A stretch of 63,524 bases of DNA, counting the filler, from Malassezia furfur (taxonomy: Eukaryota), in NCBI GenBank assembly GCA_052055015.1. It is 29 parts of 29 records of this genome, joined end to end, with 100 filler letters (N's around TTAATTAATTAA, not from the genome) between each part and the next. Parts side by side here need not be neighbours in the genome. Positions count along the whole stretch, not along the records: positions 55,074 to 57,116 come from JBQJIT010000992.1; positions 57,217 to 59,258 come from JBQJIT010000993.1; positions 59,359 to 61,393 come from JBQJIT010000994.1; positions 61,494 to 63,524 come from JBQJIT010000995.1; 25 more parts are not named here. One strand, given 5' to 3'. Of this stretch, positions 56,148 through 63,524 are shown piece after piece. A program made the position numbers and the translations under genes. Under the pieces are notes generated by a model that made no database searches, had not been told where the DNA came from, and was given only the letters and a program-made list of their open reading frames with translations. Position 1 is the first letter of the stretch, and every line of letters starts with the position of its first letter.

Positions 56148-57106
56148 GCGCGCACCCAGCGCCGCGACCTCGGCATCGCTCAGCCCGTCGAGCCTGCGTC
56201 AGTGTGTTTGACGCACCGCTCCAAGAGGTAGTCGACCTCGACCTCCTTGGTGAGCGGCACAATAAACTCCTTGTAGAGCCGCACGACCTCCTGCGACTGG
56301 ATCTTGCGCTGCGTCTCGTCGACAATGTGCGCCTGGTCCAGGTTCTGCCCATAGATCTCGGCTTTTTGCGCAACCCGCTTCAGCAGAATCGCCTCGACCG
56401 CCGGCTTGGTGATCAGGCTCGCCAGCGCCTCGCGATCGCGCGCACGGATCGGTGGCACAAACGCCGCAGGGTCCGCGCGGAATTTGCTCTCGCTCACAAA
56501 CATCCCTGCGTCAGTCGCGCAACCCACCGAAATGCACACGCCGGTTGATCGCACTGAGCGCCTCGACGTCGCAGATCGCACTCGAGCCGTACTGCCGGTC
56601 GTCCTCGAGCTGGGTCAGCGCACGACGTACGCCGTCCTTGCGCGCAGCGATGCGCGGCACAATGTCCTCGGTATAGAACCGCAGCACCGCCTGCGACACG
56701 TTCACATGGTGGGGGTGCAGCAGGTCAGGATAGTCGACCGGCTGCAAGATCGGCGCAGGCAGCGACGCCTGGCTCGTAAAGGGGTACTCGTCGGGGCTGC
56801 GTCAGTCCACGCGCACCTACGCGGTCCACCGCCCGAGCTTGGCTGCATTAGCAACACCCACGACGTACCGTGACTCGATTCCACCTCTTTCAAGTTCCAC
56901 GCAAGCCACGAGCCGGTCCAGTGCTCCTTGTCGCGCAGCTCGGTGAACGCGCCGTCCTCGTACATGCGCCGGTTGCACGCAAACTGCGTCCGCTCAATCA
57001 GGCGGAACACGATCGTATCTTCCATGCGCTGCAGCGTCGCGCGGATCTTATCGAGCGACAAGATGTCCTCCGCGGTCGCATTGTGGAAATTGATCGAGTC
57101 GGTCAT
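56115..57106 (-). CDS. ARO7: Chorismate mutase; introns 56843-56868 (26 nt), 56797-56820 (24 nt), 56506-56527 (22 nt), 56194-56216 (23 nt)
   Basis: LSLDKIRATLQRMEDTIVFRLIER.QF, H|AKLGRWT|APDEYPF, YGSSA.CD...L.A..RRVHF|GMFVSESKF and IVPLTKEVEVDYLLE|RLDGLS. Confidence 0.95.
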
Positions 57107-57216
57107 CTGCGGGGGGNNNNNNNNNNNNNNNNNNNNNNNNNNNNNNNNNNNNNNNNNNNNTTAATTAATTAANNNNNNNNNNNNNNNNNNNNNNNNNNNN
57201 NNNNNNNNNNNNNNNN

Positions 57217-59247
57217 CTCGTCGGCGGCCTTCGCGTCTGCCTCCTCGTCGTCCACCGCATCCGGCGGGCGCACATAGTAAAACTGGCGCAGGTACGCATC
57301 GACGATCGAGTCCGCGTTGGCGTCGCCGATCGCGACGCTCTTGGGCGCCGGCGGCTCTGGCCGCGACGCGAGCAGCGCTACGACCGCGTCGGACGGCTCG
57401 ACACCGAGCTCGCCCGCGTCGGCGAACGCCGCGTGCACCGGTGCGAAAATCGCGTCGCACGCCTTGGCGATCTTGGTGGCGGTCTTGGCGATCGCCGAGT
57501 CGGGGGTATTGTACGCGAGGGCGTTGGCACACACGAGGCGCGCATCGCTCTCCATTGCGGCCGCCGTCGTGTAGGTGAGCGAGGCGATGCGGGACGCGAT
57601 CGTCGACCAGTCCATCGGCTCGGCGATGCGCTCGTAGTAGTCGGGCGCATCGTCGGTCGACACGGGCTGCAGGAACCAGTTGGCCTTGTCGAGCGCCATG
57701 AGCCGCTCGAGCGCATGCCGCATCGCCGTCTGCCGATACAGCATGGCGCCCTGCACGGCGTGTGTCTGGAAGAGGCGCGCCTGGCGCAGCTTGGCCTTCT
57801 CGCGCTTGCGCACAAGCTCGGCGAGGAGGCGCACCTTCTCGAGGTCCTCGCGCAGGCGGTACAGGTACTGCAGCTTGGCGAGCTTCAGCGCCGAGGTGCG
57901 CTCGTCGACAAAGTTGCCGACGGTCCACGGCTCAATGTGCAGCCGCTTGAGCAGCGGCGCGCCGCGCATCTCTTGCCGCTTCAGGCTCCAGTACCGCACG
58001 ATCTGCGCGACGGTCTGCGGCTTGCGGCGCAGCGGGATGCGCGCGACGTACTCGAGCACGCGGTTCACGAGGTAGTTGGGCACGGGCAGGGGCCCGGCGC
58101 TGTACAGCTTGTTGTAGGCGCGCGCGCTCTTCAGTGCGATCGACTCGCCCGCGGTGTGGGCGCTCGGCTTGGGCAGCGCGAGCTCGCGTGTCGAGACGTC
58201 CGAGTCGCTCGCGTCGTCGGCGGCGTCGGCGCCGCGCACCTTGGCGCGCAGCTCGGCCTTTTCGTCGGGGGGCAGGTGGTGGTGGCAGTAGGCGACGAGT
58301 GGCGCGTCGTCGCCCTCGTCGCCCTCGTCGCCGCGGCTGCGCCGCGCCTTGGAGAGCAGGCCGACGCGCCGCGCACACATCACATGGAACGCCGTGAAGC
58401 ACGAGCGGTGCTCGCACTGGATGCAGGCGCCGCTGCGCTTGTTGCACAGGTAGCACCGCAGGCGCCAGCGCGCCTTGGGGATCGCGCTGATCCCGTCGAT
58501 CGGCTCCATGTACACCGCGTTGCCGACGCCCGTCTCGGGGATCCACATGGCACACAGCAGGTGCGCCCAGGTGCCCTGCGTGGTCTGCTTGAACGCGCCG
58601 CCCTCGTTGGGGCACAGCACGCACGACACGGGGCGGTCGGGCGAGACGGTGCACTTGCGGCACAGCCACTGGCCCTCGGGGATGTAGGGGATCCCGTAGC
58701 AGTCCTGGTGCACGGCCAGGTTGCACCCGTCGCAGAACACAATCGCGTTCAGATTCTCGCACTCGTTGTCGTCGCAGATCGCACACAGCGAGTCGTCCGG
58801 GAACTCGTCTTCGTCGTCGCGCGCGCCGATCGAGAAGCGCGACGGGATGCGCTTCACGAGTGCGAACCACTCCTTCTCGAGGCGGTCGACGATGATCTCA
58901 AACGCCTCGCACGTCACCATGTCGAGCTGGTTCTGCTTGCGCTCCGCATTCACCTGCGCGAGCCACGCTTGGTCTGGGTCAGCATGCGGCCACGTACCCT
59001 GCTCGTCCATGTCGTACTCGACCTGCCGGTCGAACTCGGCCTCGGTCGGCTCTATGTAGCGCACAAGGTGCGGCGGAAGACGCTGCTCGCTCCCGTCGTG
59101 GTAGCCGTACTGCACCATGTGCGGGTCGTGCACACTCGGCGCCGCGCTGAGCACCACGAGCTCCTCGGGGCCCACCAGCTCGTACGACGGCCGGAGCCGG
59201 GCGGCGCCGCTCGTCGCGGACGCCACGGTCGGCGTCCCATGCGCCAT
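57217..59247 (-). CDS. NTO1: NuA3/MOZ scaffold Nto1/BRPF-like (EPL1, PZP, bromodomain; 3' truncated); in-frame intron 58974-58997 (24 nt)
   Basis: VEYDMDEQ|DQAWL, DRLEKEWF, CAICDD..CEN.NAIVFCDGCNLAVHQDCYG.PYIPEGQWLCRKC, YWSLKR....GAPLLKRL and a bromodomain F.QPV....PDYY..I..PMD...NA..YN. Confidence 0.92.
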
Positions 59248-59358
59248 GTCCGTGCCAANNNNNNNNNNNNNNNNNNNNNNNNNNNNNNNNNNNNNNNNNN
59301 NNTTAATTAATTAANNNNNNNNNNNNNNNNNNNNNNNNNNNNNNNNNNNNNNNNNNNN

Positions 59359-59812
59359 GCGCGGGGCCGCCGGAGCGCAGGATGTTGCCGCGGCGCTCCT
59401 CCTCGGCGAGGTACTCGTCGATGCTCATCGTCGGCAGGCGGTGCGACGGGCGGAACACGCGCGCCTGCGCGTCGCGCCGCGCGTCCACGTCCGTGGCGCG
59501 GCCCGTGATCACAAACGGGCGCAGCGGCTTGCCGCCCTCGCTGAGCAGCGGGCCGCCCTGCGCGCCGGCGAACCACGGCGTGTCGAGGCGCCAGGTGGTG
59601 TCGCGCTCGTCCGCGTCGGGCGCGCGCGCGTCCTGCCCGGGCGGCGGCGCATGCTGCAGCATCTCGAGCTCCTGCCGCGCGGCGTCCATCGTGCCGGCCG
59701 TGCGCACCGCGTGCAGGACGAGCAGCATCCGCAGGTAGTCGCGGAGCGTGCGCGGCGGCCGCGCCTCGAACGTGTCGGCGCCGCGGCGCGCGTCGCCCGC
59801 GCCGGTGCCGGT

Positions 59813-59860
<48 letters not shown>

Positions 59861-60445
59861 CGCCCCCTCGTCGCCGCTCGGCACGACAAGCAGGTCGAAG
59901 AACGCGTCGTCGAGCGCCGGCGGACGCGGCGCGTGCGCCTGCTTCTGGTAGGCGCGCGCCCGAAACTCGCTACGGAACGCGTCCAGGAGACGCACGACCT
60001 CCTTCTCGATCTTGAGCAGCTGGATCTTGAGGTGCCGCCGCTCGGCGGGCGCGAGCTGCGCGTGCCCCAGCACCTGCTGCCGCAGCATCAGTGCGACCGC
60101 CGGCGGCAGTGCGCCGTGCTTCGTCGCTGTGGTGAAAAAGAGGCGCGCGGCGCCGACGCACGCCTCGACATGCTGCTTGCGTGCGTGCATGCGGTCGCCC
60201 TCGGGTGCGTCGGGCGGCGTGGGCCGCGCGTCCTCGAGGTACGCCTGCAGGCTCGGCACGAAGAAGACGCGCAGCGCATGCGTCGGAATCTCGCGCAGCG
60301 GCTCGTTGGCGCTCACGACGCCGAGCGCGTCGGCGGCGCGCGCGACGTCGGCGAGCAGCGCAAGCGCATGCGGCACGTCGCGGCGCGCGCTCGCGAGGCG
60401 CGCGGCCGTGTCCAGTCGGCCCGTGAGCGATTCGGCGTCGGACAT
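59359..60445 (-). CDS. TAP42: PP2A regulator Tap42/alpha4 (3' truncated), with a poly-Asp (GAC)n tract at ~59813-59860
   Basis: GVVSANEPLREIPT..L, GPLLSEGGKPLRPFVI and VFRPSHRLPTMSIDEYL.EE..RG. Confidence 0.92.
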
Positions 60446-60479
60446 GCGTGCGGGGGGCTGAGTCAGCACGCGCCACGGC

Positions 60480-61393
60480 CTATCCACTATGGGCCCACGA
60501 AAAGTAGGCGGCGAGCGCGCCCCACAGCACGCCCGCGACGACAAACTCGATCGTGGCAAACACGAGCACGAACGTCGCGAGCGAGAGCAGCGCGTGGTGG
60601 TACATAAAGTAGCTGCGTTAGGCCGTCCACGTACATCACCCCCGTCATGTGCGCGTCGAAGCGGAGCACGGCGTGCTGCACCGGCACGCGCGGCATGTCG
60701 ACCACGAGCGCGGCGCGCGTCGCGAGCAGCGCGCGCTGCGGCGCGGGCATCCACGGCGTGATGCCGTGCAGCAGCGGCACACGCACGACCTGCGTCGGCA
60801 CGACCGGCTCGCGCTGGAACGGGCGCAGCGCCGAGCGCGCGAGCCGCGCGCCCCAGCGCACCACGCGCGGCTCGGGCACGAGCAGCATCGCGCGGCTCGC
60901 GGCGTACATCGGCGTGTCGCCCGCGGCGAGCTCGAGGCGCACCATCGCGTCTGTGTCAGCGGGCCACGTACTGTCCTGCGCGCCGTGCGGCATGAGCACG
61001 CGCATCTCGAGCGCGACGTCGTACGTGATGCCCTCGCGGAACAGCGGCGCGCTCGGCTCCGTCTGCCACACGGGCACATCGGCGTCGCTGCCGTCGAGCA
61101 GCACGTGCGCAAACGGCGGCGGCGCATCGGCGCCGTGGCGGAACTGCAGGTGCACGTCCTTGTGCACCGACGCGTCGGGCACCCATGCATGGTAGAAGCC
61201 TATGTACGCAAGCACGGCCATCGCGACACACGCGACGTGCAGGGCCGCGAGCATCGCGACGCGCAGCACGACGCGGTGCGACGTCGGCGAGCCGACGAGC
61301 GCGTACGCGAGGTGCGCAACGCGCGCCGCGGGGCGTACCACGAGCGTGCGCCACGCCGCGTCCACGAGCGCGGCGCCGCGCTGCACCTCGGTG
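60480..61393 (-). CDS. SEI1: Seipin (lipid-droplet biogenesis; 5' truncated); introns 60951-60971 (21 nt) and 60613-60634 (22 nt)
   Basis: TM1 ..LAYIGFY..WVP, VHLQF, YDVALEM, N.MVRLEL, A.LRFDAHMTGV|IYFMYHH, then TM2. Confidence 0.8.
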
Positions 61394-61593
61394 NNNNNNN
61401 NNNNNNNNNNNNNNNNNNNNNNNNNNNNNNNNNNNNNTTAATTAATTAANNNNNNNNNNNNNNNNNNNNNNNNNNNNNNNNNNNNNNNNNNNNGACATCG
61501 ACAGGGTCAGCCGCGACGCGGCGGCGACCACCGCCGCATACACCGCTTCGAACATGGCGGTGGTGTGCGTGAGGCACGTGACTTCTACGCACG

Positions 61594-61776
61594 ATGCCGC
61601 GGCACCTCGCGCCGCTGCGCAAGTGGGGCGTGGCGATGGGCGCGTGCAGCGCACAGGCGGAGCAGTACGGCCAGTGCATGCTTGCACACTACCAGCAGAT
61701 CGAGCGCGGCGTGTGTGAAGCCGAGTTTGCCGCGTTCCGCGCGTGTGTACAGACGCATCTCAAGAAGCGATTCTAA
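61594..61776 (+). CDS. Small twin-Cys mitochondrial protein, NDUFAF8-like
   Basis: 60 aa: CSAQAEQYGQC...CEAEFAAFRAC (CX9C pairs). Confidence 0.75.
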   Translation: MPRHLAPLRKWGVAMGACSAQAEQYGQCMLAHYQQIERGVCEAEFAAFRACVQTHLKKRF

Positions 61777-63524
61777 GGGACGGCGCGCGCCGGTGCGCTG
61801 GCCGGCGCGCCCGGGCGCGCGTGCGCATGCGTGGGCCCTGCGAGGCGCTCCAGCGCATTCCACACGGAGCGATAAAATGCATCAAGTGCGGCGCGGTCGT
61901 CGCAAAAGCGCTGGAACGTGCGGCGCAGCTCGTCCGGGTCCGGTGGCGGCGCCGGCGGCTTGCCCGGGAGCGCCGGCTTGGGCGTGTGGATGTGCGAGGT
62001 GAACAGACGGTTGTGCAGCCAGAGGAAGCCGTCGCGCCCGCTGCGCACCTGCACAAATGCGATGCCCGAGCGGTGCACAAACTGCGAGTAGTCAAAGTGC
62101 GTCGGCCGCGAGGAGTACTCGAGCTGGACGTGCGTAGGGTAGCGTGACGCGGCCTCCTGGTCGAGCACAAAGCCAAAGTGGCGCAGCAGCGCAATCTCAA
62201 ACAGCTGGTCGGTCTGCGTCGCGTAGCCGGCGAGCACGTGGCGGTAGAGCCAGCGCTCCGTGTCGTCGGCCGGCTCGCCGGCCTCGGCGTCGTTGTTCGC
62301 GAGGCGCGTGCGCTCCACGAGGTGTGCGTACTCGGCGCGCGCGGGTGGCGGCAGCGCGAGCGCGATGGGCAGCGGCGCCTGGAACGGGTTGTGCAGGCCG
62401 ACGTCCTTGATCTGCCCGATGGGCGCCTCGATGAGGCGCAGGCCGTAGCGCTCCACGGCGCGCGTCCACGCCTGCACGACGTCCTCGATGAGGCGCGCCG
62501 TCGTGCCGAGCCAGTGGATCTGGAAGTTGAACCCGTTCTCGGCGTTGTGCGCCAGGTCGTGGTGCAGCACCGCGATCTCCGCCCGGTCGCTCTTCCGGCC
62601 CGGGTCCAGGTCGATCAGCATCGAGCGGCTCATGCGCAGGCGGCGCAGCTCGCGGCGCTCCGCCGCCGCGCCATGCACGCGCGCGGGCTGCGCCGCGTCG
62701 CCCGCGAGGCGCCGCGCACGCGCCCCGAGCCGGTAGAAGTAGTGCCCGTCGAGGAAGCCGTGCACGCCCAGCACGTGCTCGACGTACCCCTCGGCCTGCA
62801 GCTGGCGGCCGAGCTGCACGGCGTCGTCGCGCGTGCGGACGTCGTCGTAGGCGCGGCACAGGTAGCTCACGAGGTCCGCGCCGGTGAACGTGTCGCGGTA
62901 CAGCACGCGCTGCCACAGCCGGTCGTGCACCTGCAGCTCGGCGGCGCTCGCGACCAGCTCGGTGGCGAGCGTCGCAAGCGGGCGCGTGCGGGCCTCGCGG
63001 TGCACGCGCCGCGGCTCGGTGCGCCGCTGCGACAGCTTGCGGTTGATCGCGAGGAGCGCCTGCACAAACTGCTCGTCCAGCATGCTGCTACTCGCGTCGA
63101 GCGTCGTGGGCAGGAAGCGCAGCGCCGCGCCGCGCTCGGGCCGCGGCGCACCGGGCGGCACGTACTCGGCGCGCGCAAAGAGCTCCGCGAGCCGGTCGGT
63201 GCCGAGCAGGCGCACCTCTTCGTCGCTCAGCCGCTCGCCGGTGCCGGCGGTCATCGCGGGCGGCGAGCCCTCGGCGGGGACGAGGACGAAGCGCGCGCGC
63301 CAGTAGCGCGTCGCCTCGGTGAGCGACTCCTCGTACCCGGCGATGAGCGAGTCGAGGTACGTCCAGTTGTACGCGTGGGGGTCCGGGTGCGCAAAGTGTG
63401 CGCCGTGCGCCTGGTAGCCCGAGAAGTAGCGCGGCCAGATGCAGCACCGGTACGGCACGGGCGCGGTGTTGTACGGCGTCTTTTTGAGGTAGCGCTTCAC
63501 CTGGATCATGCCCGCCTGCCGGTG
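61773..63524 (-). CDS. IML1: SEACIT/GATOR1 subunit Iml1/DEPDC5 (DEP domain and C-terminus)
   Basis: YNW.YLD.LIAG, RFVLVP, DEEVRL.G, DEP (HDR.W...Y.DTF.G..LV..L...TRDDAV.LG...FLDGHYFY), SDRAE...HHD..HN, ERYGL.L.E.P and QFVHRSG. Confidence 0.93.
   Translation of the reverse strand, partial: HRQAGMIQVKRYLKKTPYNTAPVPYRCCIWPRYFSGYQAHGAHFAHPDPHAYNWTYLDSLIAGYEESLTEATRYWRARFVLVPAEGSPPAMTAGTGERLSDEEVRLLGTDRLAELFARAEYVPPGAPRPERGAALRFLPTTLDASSSMLDEQFVQALLAINRKLSQRRTEPRRVHREARTRPLATLATELVASAAELQVHDRLWQRVLYRDTFTGADLVSYLCRAYDDVRTRDDAVQLGRQLQAEGYVEHVLGVHGFLDGHYFYRLGARARRLAGDAAQPARVHGAAAERRELRRLRMSRSMLIDLDPGRKSDRAEIAVLHHDLAHNAENGFNFQIHWLGTTARLIEDVVQAWTRAVERYGLRLIEAPIGQIKDVGLHNPFQAPLPIALALPPPARAEYAHLVERTRLANNDAEAGEPADDTERWLYRHVLAGYATQTDQLFEIALLRHFGFVLDQEAASRYPTHVQLEYSSRPTHFDYSQFVHRSGIAFVQVRSGRDGFLWLHNRLFTSHIHTPKPALPGKPPAPPPDPDELRRTFQRFCDDRAALDAFYRSVWNALERLAGPTHAHARPGAPASAPARAVP

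Noticed and set aside
56142..56155. A 14-nt GTGCGCGCTCACAG intron-like string in the ARO7 tail
   Set aside because: Far shorter than every supported intron here (minimum 21 nt) and not needed to restore any conserved motif.
59813..59860. (GAC)n microsatellite and similar poly-Ala/Ser/Asp runs
   Set aside because: Ordinary coding low-complexity tracts in disordered linkers.
2170..61493. Regularly spaced TTAATTAATTAA palindromes about every 2.2 kb (CRISPR-like or periodic array)
   Set aside because: Each sits inside N padding and is an artificial six-frame stop linker. The periodicity comes from length-sorted contigs.
75..63447. Hundreds of long antisense and alternate-frame ORFs (e.g. 75-2147, 15780-17939, 40099-42111, 57433-59310) and ORFs ending in X...LIN
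   Set aside because: They are shadows of real genes caused by high GC and scarce stop codons, or read-through into the spacer. They are Arg/Ala/Pro-rich and carry no family motifs.

Overview
This is not a contiguous locus. The window holds 29 unrelated contigs of about 2.0-2.2 kb, sorted by decreasing length and joined by 28 artificial 100-nt spacers (N44-TTAATTAATTAA-N44, a six-frame stop linker). The DNA is a very GC-rich, extremely compact fungal nuclear genome; the gene set, gene density and tiny introns suggest a Malassezia-like basidiomycete yeast (inference). It carries about 50 mostly partial housekeeping genes (FYV10, RET2, PRE1, MIS12, VPS35, NEO1, UFD1, RRP9, ATG1, EMC1, ABP1, TERT, a GH47 mannosidase, NUG1, MDM10, SLU7, RRF1, TAF9, importin-alpha, PMM, urease, TRM732, PEX6, TOR, MSH6, SPF45, TRZ1, LTN1, ARO7, NTO1, TAP42, seipin, IML1) and two tandem intron-containing tRNA-Tyr(GTA) genes. 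All protein assignments come from motif recognition by eye, not from database searches. The strongest signals: (1) 39 hand-reconstructed spliceosomal introns, 30 of them only 21-26 nt long, with GTACGT...CTGAC/CTCAC..CAG and no polypyrimidine tract; (2) a candidate PAXX-like NHEJ factor whose signature tail appears only after removing a 23-nt intron; (3) an xRRM (LARP7/Pof8-like) C-terminus; (4) a probable non-AUG mitochondrial presequence on RNase Z; (5) a recurrent CACGTG element in very short promoters; (6) genes that overlap or abut each other.
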